From contig OY759724.1 in the NCBI GenBank assembly GCA_963662715.1, positions 2,490,001 to 2,522,000 of the forward strand: a DNA stretch of 32,000 nt, given 5' to 3'. The notes under the pieces are model-generated. The model saw nothing but the letters and a program-made list of their open reading frames with translations. It was not told the origin of the DNA and did not search any database. This document shows positions 9,941 to 19,279 of this stretch, piece after piece. This stretch comes from Candidatus Omnitrophota bacterium (GTDB taxonomy: Bacteria; Omnitrophota; Gorgyraeia; Zapsychrales; JANLHA01). A program made the position numbers and the translations under genes. Each line of letters starts with the position of its first letter. Positions within the stretch are counted from its first letter, which is position 1.

Positions 9941-10226
9941 AACATTCGAAGACGCTCAGGTCGAGCATTACAAGAAGCATCCTAAGGAACTCAAGGGTTA
10001 CCTAAAAGTCGCTCTCGAAGAGTATCAACAGGATGGAGATGAAAAGGCGTTTCTCTCTGCGTTGTCTGTTGCGGCAAAAGTCCATGGGGGTTTTAGTAAG
10101 TTGGCTGAAGAGACCGGCCTCAACCGTGAAAATTTGTACCGCGCATTATCAAAACACTCGGATCCGCGTTTCTCTACGGTAATGCAGGTTTTAGCAAATT
10201 TAGGATTTTCATTGAAAATTGCATAA
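9921..10226 (+). CDS. addiction-module antidote protein (HigA-family HTH, HI1420-downstream type)
   Basis: 101 aa with FLSALSVAAKVHGGFSKLAEETGLNRENLYRALS...PRFSTVMQVLANLGFSL, characteristic of this antitoxin family. Confidence 0.8.
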   Translation: MNKTKLRTFEDAQVEHYKKHPKELKGYLKVALEEYQQDGDEKAFLSALSVAAKVHGGFSKLAEETGLNRENLYRALSKHSDPRFSTVMQVLANLGFSLKIA

Positions 10227-10232
10227 AGCTTT

Positions 10233-10568
10233 TCATGGCCTTAATGTTCGCTCCGTAATCATTCGTTCTTTTCCAAATTTCAGGATTTCCGTTTGCCGTT
10301 CCTTCGGCAGTTTGAGGAGGGCAAGATATTGATTCACTCGCACTCGGGAGACACCCAGCTTGGGCGCCAACTGGCTTTGTGTCAGACCTTCGGTTTGCAT
10401 CATCTTCAGGTATTCCCGCGCCCGCTCAATTGGATTTACGTAGGATTTCCGGACGCTCTCTTTTCGCAGTTCCCGCTGGGTAACAACCTTCCGTTGGGGC
10501 AGGGAAGCGGGCTTTTCCCCGAATCCCAGTGCGTGTCGTTTGTCGCGCCATATGTAATAATAGGGCAC
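10233..10568 (-). CDS. small ParB-like HTH DNA-binding protein (lacks the ParB N-terminal domain)
   Basis: NPIERAREYLKMM..EGLTQSQLAPKLGVSRVRVNQYLALLKLPKERQ resembles the ParB/Spo0J HTH region. Confidence 0.5.
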   Translation of the reverse strand: MPYYYIWRDKRHALGFGEKPASLPQRKVVTQRELRKESVRKSYVNPIERAREYLKMMQTEGLTQSQLAPKLGVSRVRVNQYLALLKLPKERQTEILKFGKERMITERTLRP

Positions 10569-10731
10569 CGTTTCAGTTATGACATTTGAAAAAGTTTGCT
10601 GAGTGTTACGAGTGGGGAGCTTATTCTGGGACGGCTGTAACCAATTCTTTGAGTTGGATGCAGCTGTTTTTAATTTGAGGGATTCAAAAATTCAAGGGAT
10701 TATTCTATAAATTTTAGCAATTTAATAATAA

Positions 10732-10760
10732 TTGACATTATTTTTAATTTGCTATATAAA
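10732..10760 (+). promoter_or_regulatory. candidate sigma70-like promoter in an AT-rich spacer
   Basis: TTGACA (10732-10737), a 17-nt spacer, then TATAAA (10755-10760). Confidence 0.4.
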
Positions 10761-10826
10761 TAATCGCTACTTCAAAAATGTTGAAATGGGGATGACAAAT
10801 TTGAAGGATTCTTTATGTAAAAAATC

Positions 10827-10867
10827 AAACCTTCGTGAAAAATAATTCGCGGAGGTTTTTTGTTTTT
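10827..10867 (+). terminator. intrinsic terminator/attenuator about 100 nt downstream of the candidate promoter
   Basis: An 11-bp stem (10827-10837 with 10848-10858, 2 G-U pairs) with a 10-nt loop, followed by TTTTTGTTTTT. Confidence 0.45.
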
Positions 10868-11010
10868 CAAAATAATTGAGTTTATTAAGCTTAATTACCT
10901 ATCATTTTCCGTGAGGTCCTTATGAGTAGAAACAAAATTATTTTTTTAAATTATATTTATTTTTGTAAATAGGTCTATTTGTATGATGCAATGTAAAGGA
11001 ATTTCCAGAG

Positions 11011-12417
11011 ATGGGCTTTATAATTTATTTAAAAAAGATATTCAGTAATAAAACGATAGCGAAGTCTACTTTTGAACATAAGAAGGCAGGTACGAATGCA
11101 TCTAAAAAAATTGTCAATAAGACCACTCCGCTTCATAAAGCTGCTAACGACGGTTATCGTACGCGGATTACACAGCTTATTAAGGCAGGAGCGAATGTTA
11201 ACGCATTAGACGAGAAGGGGCGAACGCCTTTAGATCTTGCAATACAAAATTATCGTAAAAGGGCGATAAAGAAATTAAAAGAAGCTGGAGCAAAAGAAGG
11301 CATCGAGTTATTCAAGAAAAAAAATGACAAGTCCAAACTTCCCCCTAAAACATCGGTTCAAAATCAGCTTGGAGCATCAGGTCAAAATTTGCCCACTGAA
11401 TCTAAAAAATCCGAGATGCAATATTTTGAAGTTGGTAGAAATAATTCAGATGAGGGTGGTTATTGTTCGGATGACGCGTGCCCTTGTCATCCGGAGACTC
11501 CCATTCCAGTGGGACAAGGGTATCTTTACATTGATCCTGAATTAGTTGCATTTCGTCGCAATTATCCGTCAGAAGCATCTGCCAATCAAGAGATGTTGCG
11601 CCGTGTTGAGGATTTACGACGCAATAATCCGATTTATAAAAACGCACGGATGACTTGTTCAATCAAACCTGTGCTTGTCTGTGAGCAAGGAGCCAGACTG
11701 CGTAAGCTTAATTTAAAAATAGCCGCAGATGATGCACGGCATTGGTGGAAAACCGGGAAGGTTCCATTACGGCCCACACCTCTTGCTGATGGCAGTGTGC
11801 CTGATGTCGGTTCAGACACATACTTTAGACCGGATAAGTTTGCCGGGATAATAAATATGTCTATTTTAAGCCATACAGTTAGCTCAGACCACGTTCCGGT
11901 GGGCAGTACGTCTGTGATTTATAAAACGACTAAAGAGCATCTTAATCGTATCAGATCTGACATGCCGGAAATAAGTATGCAGACGATTTTTAACGAAATT
12001 GAACAGTGTGTGCTTGATAATGCCTCAGCGATTGAGGCGATGGTCCAAAAAACCATATCAGATGGTGAGCTTCATACAAAGGTGCTGGGGGGAGGGAACA
12101 CGTCAATGTTCTTGATCGTGTCCTCTTTGCCGAAAAGAATGCACGAATCTGCTGCTTTTTTTGCCGCTAAGTATCCCCCGGGTTTTGGAGGTTATTTAAA
12201 CTTTTGGCTCAACTCAGAAGTGATCTGGAAGATGAAGGGTTTAGGCCATTCTGTCATGGCCCATCTTCTTGTTTATAACGATTGTGCCGTTAGTGTAGGG
12301 GTCATCCCTCTAGATCACAAAAATTTAGACACCTGCCCACGGGGCGTGCTTCCGGAGGACTCTCTTACCAAAGAAGATCGACGACTAATGGGATTAGATA
12401 AAGTTAGGATAATATAA
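11011..12417 (+). CDS. ankyrin-repeat protein with a Cys-containing C-terminal domain of unknown function
   Basis: ANK motif TPLHKAANDGYRTRITQLIKAGANVNALDEKGRTPLDLA. The remaining ~350 aa has no motif I recognise. Confidence 0.75.
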   Translation: MGFIIYLKKIFSNKTIAKSTFEHKKAGTNASKKIVNKTTPLHKAANDGYRTRITQLIKAGANVNALDEKGRTPLDLAIQNYRKRAIKKLKEAGAKEGIELFKKKNDKSKLPPKTSVQNQLGASGQNLPTESKKSEMQYFEVGRNNSDEGGYCSDDACPCHPETPIPVGQGYLYIDPELVAFRRNYPSEASANQEMLRRVEDLRRNNPIYKNARMTCSIKPVLVCEQGARLRKLNLKIAADDARHWWKTGKVPLRPTPLADGSVPDVGSDTYFRPDKFAGIINMSILSHTVSSDHVPVGSTSVIYKTTKEHLNRIRSDMPEISMQTIFNEIEQCVLDNASAIEAMVQKTISDGELHTKVLGGGNTSMFLIVSSLPKRMHESAAFFAAKYPPGFGGYLNFWLNSEVIWKMKGLGHSVMAHLLVYNDCAVSVGVIPLDHKNLDTCPRGVLPEDSLTKEDRRLMGLDKVRII

Positions 12418-12872
12418 TGTCAAATCTGCAACATGATTTATATCTATTACAATCAAATGCTGCAAGAAGCAACTTATCTCAAGTTAAGCATATTGTATTA
12501 AGCGGAATAAATATAAATTTTCAAGCGAGAAGTTCCGTATTATGAATTAGGAGCAGATTTTTTTGATAAACGCTAGAGAGATAGAGTCGTCAAGAAATAC
12601 ATTAACAGACTAGCAGCGTTGAGGTGCGGTGTGACGGTAAAGCAATTGGCGTAAAAATTTTTGAAAAGCTCTTTAATTTAATTGATGAATATAGGAAGCA
12701 TGTTGATTTTTACTGGTGGTTACGGCTCCGACCATGAAACTGACCGGGCCGGTTCTAAGCATAAAGGAATGTTGCCAAGAGCACGCAGGTGAAATCTTTA
12801 CCTCTAACCGGATACCTATTTACATTTATCAAGGAATATTGATCAGGACGGATGTAGCAGGGTATTTCTGCC

Positions 12873-13154
12873 TTGAATATCCGTGGAGAAGAAGAATTTG
12901 TAAGGACACTTGTCAGAACTGCCGGCGATCGATATCAAAGTTCTGTCGTCAAGGCAAAGCGTGATCTTCAGCTAAGAAAAGAAAAATATAATAAGTACAG
13001 GTTCAGGGCGGTCATCTTGTTTGTCCTAGCCGCGGGTTCTCTGATTGTCACACTTTTCAAGCTGAGATTTGTTGGGTTATCTTCCCGAAGAGAAAAAGAC
13101 CGTCCAGTGTCAATAGACCGTACTGTTTCTATTTTGGGCGCTGGCCACAATTAA
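12873..13154 (+). CDS. hypothetical small membrane protein (weak call, TTG start)
   Basis: One predicted TM helix (AVILFVLAAGSLIVTLF). It has no ATG start and sits in a region full of gene remnants. Confidence 0.25.
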   Translation: MNIRGEEEFVRTLVRTAGDRYQSSVVKAKRDLQLRKEKYNKYRFRAVILFVLAAGSLIVTLFKLRFVGLSSRREKDRPVSIDRTVSILGAGHN

Positions 13155-13266
13155 AAGAAGGAGAGAATGAGGTGTGATTCAGGGAGTTTCAAACAACACG
13201 AAACCTTACGGGCAATAAGTCAAAACAGGAGGCTGGGATCATTCAGATTGAAAGGAGTATGCCCAT

Positions 13267-13650
13267 ATGAAAGTATGTGATATCTGTAACAGCAGTAGCC
13301 ATCGTGGTACAATCGTGAAAGCACAAGACATGGGCAACGCAGCCCGGCAGGGTTTCGATCCGTACACTAGTGGACGTCTCTCCGCGGATAATACTGCGCT
13401 CAATACAACGGTGAGTAAAATACTAAAGGAGCAGGGTATGTCTGAGGCACAGATACGTTCTTATATTGCCAATATGCCTAAGCCTGCTTCACCTGAACAC
13501 TGGAAGCAATCGGCGATTAGTGGGAGCTTGTCCCAGTCTGATTGGTACATCTGTGATATATGCATGGTTAAATTGAAGCCTTTCTTAGGAGACAATGCAA
13601 ATGAGCATAAAGCGCCAGCTTTACGAAAATGGTGGCAATTTTGGCGCTGA
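13267..13650 (+). CDS. hypothetical protein with two CDIC motifs (split zinc-ribbon-like)
   Basis: AGGAG lies about 10 nt upstream. CDIC occurs at residues 4-7 and again at WYICDIC near the C-terminus. Confidence 0.6.
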   Translation: MKVCDICNSSSHRGTIVKAQDMGNAARQGFDPYTSGRLSADNTALNTTVSKILKEQGMSEAQIRSYIANMPKPASPEHWKQSAISGSLSQSDWYICDICMVKLKPFLGDNANEHKAPALRKWWQFWR

Positions 13651-13653
13651 TAA

Positions 13654-13953
13654 ATGACTAGAAGAGTGTCTGTGAAGAATATGGGTATTTATAAGCATAC
13701 AGATTACAGCACGGAAGTGGAGAGGGCCATATTTGCACCTCGATTTTGTGAATATTGCGGCAAAGAATATTTAATCAAAGAAAGGTTGAAAACCCGAGGT
13801 GAAAGCAGAAGTTATGATCGAAAATATTCCAGCAGTCATGCTGGGGAAGCTTATATGAATGCCATGCAGGAAATGTATAAGTTCGCTAGGGATATGAAAA
13901 TGAACTTGCGTCAGGTTTTAGTGGGTAAAGAAAAAATATTTCATAATAATTAA
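13654..13953 (+). CDS. hypothetical protein
   Basis: Starts 3 nt after the previous stop, which suggests translational coupling. Contains a single CEYC pair. Confidence 0.45.
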   Translation: MTRRVSVKNMGIYKHTDYSTEVERAIFAPRFCEYCGKEYLIKERLKTRGESRSYDRKYSSSHAGEAYMNAMQEMYKFARDMKMNLRQVLVGKEKIFHNN

Positions 13954-14073
13954 CGACAGTTTGTCGCGTACGTGCAAAATTTGTTTTGGGCATGTCATGA
14001 TTTTTGCGTGGCTTCAACTGAGATTGATTAGTATTTTATGTCATGTCCATTGTGATTTTCCTTAAGGCTTCTT

Positions 14074-15154
14074 GTGAAAAAGGCTAAAATTAATACTTTC
14101 CGAATATCTGCATTTATTTCGATTGCATCTATTTTTTTTGCTGGGTGCGTATCTGTATCCAAGATTCATCAAGCAATTAGCGCTGATAACGCGGCAGAAG
14201 TCCGAAGAATTATTACTGATGATGAGAACGCTGTTAATGCAATTGATCAGCAAGGGAATACTCCTTTGCATGTGGCATCGGTACGTGGTGATTCGGAAAT
14301 AGTTGAGTTGCTTATCAAGAAGGGAGCCCTTATTGATGCTGTTAATACGGCTGGCCGTACTCCTTTGATGGCTGCCATTCTTTCAGGTAAGACATCTGTA
14401 GCCAACGTTCTAGTTGCAAAGGGAGCAAACGTAAATGCCAGAGATCGTCAAGGATGGACTCCGGTTCTTTTGGCAGCACAGGAAGGCACATATGAACTTT
14501 TAAAAATGCTTGTTGATGCCGGAGGAAATGTTTTTAATAAGAATAATGAGATGGTGACAGCTCTTCATGTCGCCAGCTTAAAAGGGAATGAGGAATTTGT
14601 CCATTTTTTTTATAGGAAAAGAAGTTAATGTCGATAGTGTCACGTTGCAAGGGCTTACTCCATTACATTTTGCAGTTATGAATGATCATATTTCTGTTGC
14701 TGAAATATTAATAGAAAAAGGAGCAACACCAAAATTTGCTGCATCCAATGTTTATATCACAATCAAGACCCATTTAATTTTTGCCGAATATTATAGGAAG
14801 TATTGGGATTGCGACAAGGCCGTTCATCATCTTTCTACGGCCATTAAATATCATGATGAACACAATGATTCTCAGAACATCGTGAAGTCTTTAACTGAGC
14901 TGAGGTTATGGAGATTGCAATGTTTAGCGCCTATTCTTTTTCCAATTGCTTACCTAGATGGATGCATGTCTGGGCATATCCCTCAATTGGAGAATCAATG
15001 GGAGACAGAAATCCGGAATATTGAGGCTGAACAGCTGAAACTCGTAGATAGTATTGAAGAAACTAGAAATAAACTTTTTTGTTATGAGCAATCAGATAAA
15101 CGAAACGAGATTGAAGAATGTATGGGAGAGATAGATAATCCTCTCTTTCCTTAG
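14074..15154 (+). pseudogene. ankyrin-repeat lipoprotein gene interrupted by a +1 frameshift in a T8 tract
   Basis: GTG start and lipobox FFAGC. ANK repeats continue across the two listed ORFs (14074-14628 and 14588-15154). Removing one T from T8 (14604-14611) gives the continuous reading ...GNEEFVHFFIGKEVNVDSVTLQGLTPLHFAV... Confidence 0.8.
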
Positions 15155-15340
15155 AACTAACGTATTTCGTTAAAGTTAAAATAAATTAGTTTTTGTAAGG
15201 GGAGACGGTATCTGGTGTTTTTTGATTTAAGATTTTTAGACATGAGGGAAAGGGGATACAAAATGAATTTAAGCGAATTCAGACTCAGGGATATCATAAT
15301 AAATGTGGAATCCTGTACGTTTTAAAATGAGGAGGTTGAA

Positions 15341-15673
15341 ATGATTGTATGGACTGGGAAAGGATTTGTGGTTTTTATATTCATTATGTTAGCCGTAATA
15401 TGCTCGGAATATGTCTCAGAATTTTTGACAGGGGACGAACAGTTTTATGACCAAAATCCATGGGTTCTTATGGTTGGAATGATGGTGGCTGCAGTGTGTA
15501 TCTATGTATTTCATCGTTTCTACCTTCTTCGCGAAAAGTCAAAGATCGTCATAGATAAAGAAACTGGCGAGGAGCTTGATCTAAAAGAATCGCATTCGCT
15601 TTTTTTTATGCCCGTTAAGTGGTGGCCACTAATTATGATCTTTTTGGGATTCATCTGGTCAAGGTCACCGTAA
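15341..15673 (+). CDS. small integral membrane protein (three predicted TM helices)
   Basis: Strong SD (GAGGAGG) 7 nt upstream and three hydrophobic segments. Confidence 0.6.
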   Translation: MIVWTGKGFVVFIFIMLAVICSEYVSEFLTGDEQFYDQNPWVLMVGMMVAAVCIYVFHRFYLLREKSKIVIDKETGEELDLKESHSLFFMPVKWWPLIMIFLGFIWSRSP

Positions 15674-15788
15674 TGCAGAAGACATTATCTTTATCCTTAA
15701 AATGAGATATAAAGAGGTAATCCTTATTCAAATTATAGGACAAGTATAAGATATGTATCTGCGAATACTTAGAGTAAAGGAGGCCTAT

Positions 15789-16427
15789 ATGAGGGAAAAA
15801 AGAGTGCTAGGAATTGTTTTTATTTTGGCAGTTAATTTAATGAGTAGCGGTTGCGGATTATTGCCTAGAGCAAAATTAACACTAACTCCAGAACCAAATT
15901 CCATAGTTGTCGATTATTCAAAGAAATGCGGAAGAGTACAGGTCAATAAACCTGATCTAAGTCAAATGACTGAGTTTGATAGGAAAATGATATATGGATT
16001 TGCCAATGAATTAGAGAATAGCGGACTCTGTGAAGAAGTATTTTATCACACACTACCAGAAGGCCCGGTTGATCTGGCCCTTGATCTCAGCTTTGAAGCA
16101 ACGCCTCACTTGTTTTGGGATGAAGAGAATGCTACAAATGAAGAATGGAAACAAATGAATAAACAAGTTCTTCCCAAGACTTTATTATTAACTTTGTCTT
16201 TAGGTATGATTCCTGCGCCTTATAATGAGGATTACTATTTAAAAGGCAAAGCTGTTATTTATAAGAATAATAAAGAAAAAGGAGTAGTTGATGGTCAGTT
16301 CCATGCCCATTGGCACGGTACTGCAATGGGGATCATTGCTATTGAAGAAGAAACGAAAGAAGAATTCAAAAAGGTTTTATATAAACAATTAATTACAGGA
16401 ATTACCGATTATTGTGAAAGTAAATGA
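15789..16427 (+). CDS. lipoprotein, unknown function
   Basis: AAGGAGG lies 6 nt upstream of the ATG at 15789. MREKRVLGIVFILAVNLMSSGC carries a lipobox. Confidence 0.65.
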   Translation: MREKRVLGIVFILAVNLMSSGCGLLPRAKLTLTPEPNSIVVDYSKKCGRVQVNKPDLSQMTEFDRKMIYGFANELENSGLCEEVFYHTLPEGPVDLALDLSFEATPHLFWDEENATNEEWKQMNKQVLPKTLLLTLSLGMIPAPYNEDYYLKGKAVIYKNNKEKGVVDGQFHAHWHGTAMGIIAIEEETKEEFKKVLYKQLITGITDYCESK

Positions 16428-16873
16428 AAATATATGGTTTGCAGAAGAGAGGGTCGCCGGATATGATTAATTCAACAAAAAGTCAGTTCATCTGTTTGTT
16501 TTTTTGTTTGTTTTTTCTTGGGTGCGGTTCGGTTCACAGTCAGTATATTTATGATGATTCTTACAAGGAGAATAGTCCGGTTAAGAGTGAGAAATGCTAT
16601 GATGCGGCAGTGTTGTTGAATATTGATATGGAAAAGACTAAATACATATGTCGCAGATTTTTAATGGAGAAAGGCATTACTATTACTGCGGATACCGATA
16701 TTTCTATAGAGGCTAGTCAAAAAAATGGACATATTGCAATTCAGTATGAAAAGGTTACAAAAGATTTAACATTTGTGACTGTGGGAACCGAGAAACAGGA
16801 CTTTTGGGGTGGATTCTTGGATTCATGTGAAATCGTTGACGCTATTATAGAAAAGGCCAATGGCTTAGAATGA
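16424..16873 (+). CDS. lipoprotein, unknown function (alternative start 16463)
   Basis: ATGA overlap with the upstream gene. Lipobox FFLGC in ...FICLFFCLFFLGCGS. Confidence 0.6.
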   Translation: MKIYGLQKRGSPDMINSTKSQFICLFFCLFFLGCGSVHSQYIYDDSYKENSPVKSEKCYDAAVLLNIDMEKTKYICRRFLMEKGITITADTDISIEASQKNGHIAIQYEKVTKDLTFVTVGTEKQDFWGGFLDSCEIVDAIIEKANGLE

Positions 16874-17004
16874 TCTAGAGTTAGTATCAGGAGTATTTCC
16901 TACATTATGCCTGTGGCGGCGTCTTAGTTCCCCAGGATGGGACACAAAGAATAGTTATTAAACTTGACTATTCCCTGGCATCTTGTCACAAGGTAATTGA
17001 TTAG

Positions 17005-17678
17005 TCTTCAATTCGTCCCGCCCAGGGGAGGTTTGTCCTATCTTGTACAATTGCTGAAGAACTGATCGAAAAACTTACTTGGGAAAACAGCAAAACAGCT
17101 AATACCTTGCAGGGGTATTTGAACTATTTGTCCTACTATCCTGCAGGAAAATTTTCTCAGGAGGCACAAGCCCAGGTGAGCAAGCTTTCCAAGGAGGTCC
17201 TTGGCAAACGAACGTGCGTGTTGACTTCGGAACCGCAGCCGTTTCTAGAGTTTTATATGATCGGGAATCCTTATGAGTCTGGGTTTGCGAATACAAAGAT
17301 GGTGTCCAAAGGAGAGGTCAAGGACAGGGAACCACCTGAAGGTTTTATTTATGCCCTAGTCCGATGGGAAATTGAATCTAATAAAAATTTCAGTTTTAAT
17401 AATTATGACCAAAACTTATATTTGGGAAAGGAGGAGCTGACGCGATATCTCCGGCCAATCGGCCTCCCTTCTAATATGAAGAATGGGCAGGAGGATACGA
17501 TGTGGTGCGCTTTAAACAGCATTATCTCCATATAAGTGTCAAAGTTAATGCCGGAGAACTATTGATCTACGAGAGTTTATACGAGGTCCCGAAAGACGAA
17601 GTCAATCAATGCGAACTTGGTTTCTTGGGGAATAGTTTTGCCCTGAAAGAATTAATAAGAAATAATGATGGTAAGTAA
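17005..17678 (+). pseudogene. degraded gene: start-less N-terminal fragment plus a frameshifted Ig-like (DUF4352-like?) C-terminus
   Basis: The frame is open from 17005 but has no ATG or GTG; the ORF track uses TTG at 17107. After the stop at 17535, the +2 frame continues with plausible protein sequence (GYDVVRFKQHYLHISVKVNAGELLIYESLYEVPKDE...) to 17678. Confidence 0.35.
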
Positions 17679-17946
17679 AAACAAAAACTTTGGCTACCTT
17701 ATACCCATTTGTATAATAGGTTAAGAATATTATAAAGTGACAAATGATGGAATTTTTATGAATTTATTGAATATTCAGCACTAGAGTTGTAATAACTGAA
17801 TGCAAATTAAAATTTAAGAATAAAAACGTTTTCTTATCTTGGCCGAGAAGGTATTCGTTTTATAACTGATTGTAATTATTAGAGATGTATACAAGCAAAT
17901 AATGAATTGCGTGTTTATTGTAGGTGACAAAATGAAAGGAGAAGAC

Positions 17947-18972
17947 ATGTTTATTACTCATTGCAGGAGGGCAAGCCGCTGCAAGTCAGTCGGAAAATTA
18001 TTGGTCCTTGTGATGGTCTTGTTTTTGTCTGGATGTACGACATTGTATGAAGTTAAACCGAATTTAGTTGCGAACTTCAAGCAATCGATCATTCCTAATG
18101 AGGATCAAACTCTAGTATATTTCATTCGAGGAAGTGCTTTTTCTGGTGGTGGCCGCAAGATATGGTTGGGGTGGAATGACCGAGCTATGGCGAGTTTGGC
18201 CTCGGGTACACATGCGTCTTTTTTGATGGATGCTGGCATTAATACAATTAATATCGTGGAAACCAAAATGCCGCTTCTTTTTCATAAGTTGGATAATCGA
18301 GGAGGAGAAACAATATTCCTTTCGTATGAATATAAAAATGTCAAGATCGTAGAACTTGAAAGAGATCTTGGAATTTCAATGGTTATGCAAACGAAGGAAA
18401 TACCAATCATTGAGCCACCGCGGAAAAATGATGGATATCCTTTGGATTTGCTTAACCCTGGATTAGTTGATTTGTATTTGATGAAAACGACCGACAGGCA
18501 AAAAGAACCCAACGAAAATAAAGCGATAATAACTTTTATAAGACCCATAAAATATGCAGAGGGGGTAGCATTTGGAATTTGGGATGAGAATAGTTTTCTC
18601 GGGAGTTTAAAAGAACAGACCTATTTCCAGATCGCTGTTGATCCGGGTAAGCACACGTTTTTAGGTAAAGCTGAGCAGTGGTCAGTATTACAGGCAGAAG
18701 TCGAGGCCGGTAAGAAATACTACATCGAAGTTAAGGCTAAACTGGGAATGACAGTTGTGCGTATGCAATTATTGCCTTTAAAAGCCAAGATGTCTGGGGA
18801 AATGAAGAAATGGATGAATACTTCTCAGCTATTGACGTTAGATAAAAACGCCATCAACGATGATGTGCAAGAGCGCCTGGATAAAGCATTGCCTTTAATA
18901 CGATCAATTTTAGAGAAAGTAGCAAAAGGGGAACTGAAACCCAGATTTTTAAAGGTGTCAGATGGAATATAA
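17947..18972 (+). CDS. lipoprotein with two DUF2846-like repeats
   Basis: AGGAG lies 6 nt upstream of the ATG at 17947, with lipobox LFLSGC. Two similar modules are present (LVYFIRGSAFSGG...ASLASGTHASF and AIITFIRPIKYAEG...GSLKEQTYFQIAVDPGKHTF). Confidence 0.65.
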   Translation: MFITHCRRASRCKSVGKLLVLVMVLFLSGCTTLYEVKPNLVANFKQSIIPNEDQTLVYFIRGSAFSGGGRKIWLGWNDRAMASLASGTHASFLMDAGINTINIVETKMPLLFHKLDNRGGETIFLSYEYKNVKIVELERDLGISMVMQTKEIPIIEPPRKNDGYPLDLLNPGLVDLYLMKTTDRQKEPNENKAIITFIRPIKYAEGVAFGIWDENSFLGSLKEQTYFQIAVDPGKHTFLGKAEQWSVLQAEVEAGKKYYIEVKAKLGMTVVRMQLLPLKAKMSGEMKKWMNTSQLLTLDKNAINDDVQERLDKALPLIRSILEKVAKGELKPRFLKVSDGI

Positions 18973-19279
18973 GTTAGGTTTTCGTGTTTCTGTTCCCAAG
19001 ATGTTTTCGATTAAATCAATCACAGCTTGAAGTTGTTGGGAAAAATATGCCTGTTTAACGTGATTGAAAGAAAGGAAAGCAAAGATGACACTTGCTAGAG
19101 AAGGGAAGGAATATAAAATTCATATCAACAAAATAAAATCTCAATTGGGGATCATGAGATATAATAATCTTAATGGGACATAGTTTTTTTTGATCCAAAT
19201 ACTACGGAGAAGAAATGAACAATCACGTTTTTAAGAAAAACATATTAGATCGTATAGTGAATTCTTAGAAGGAGGTTAT

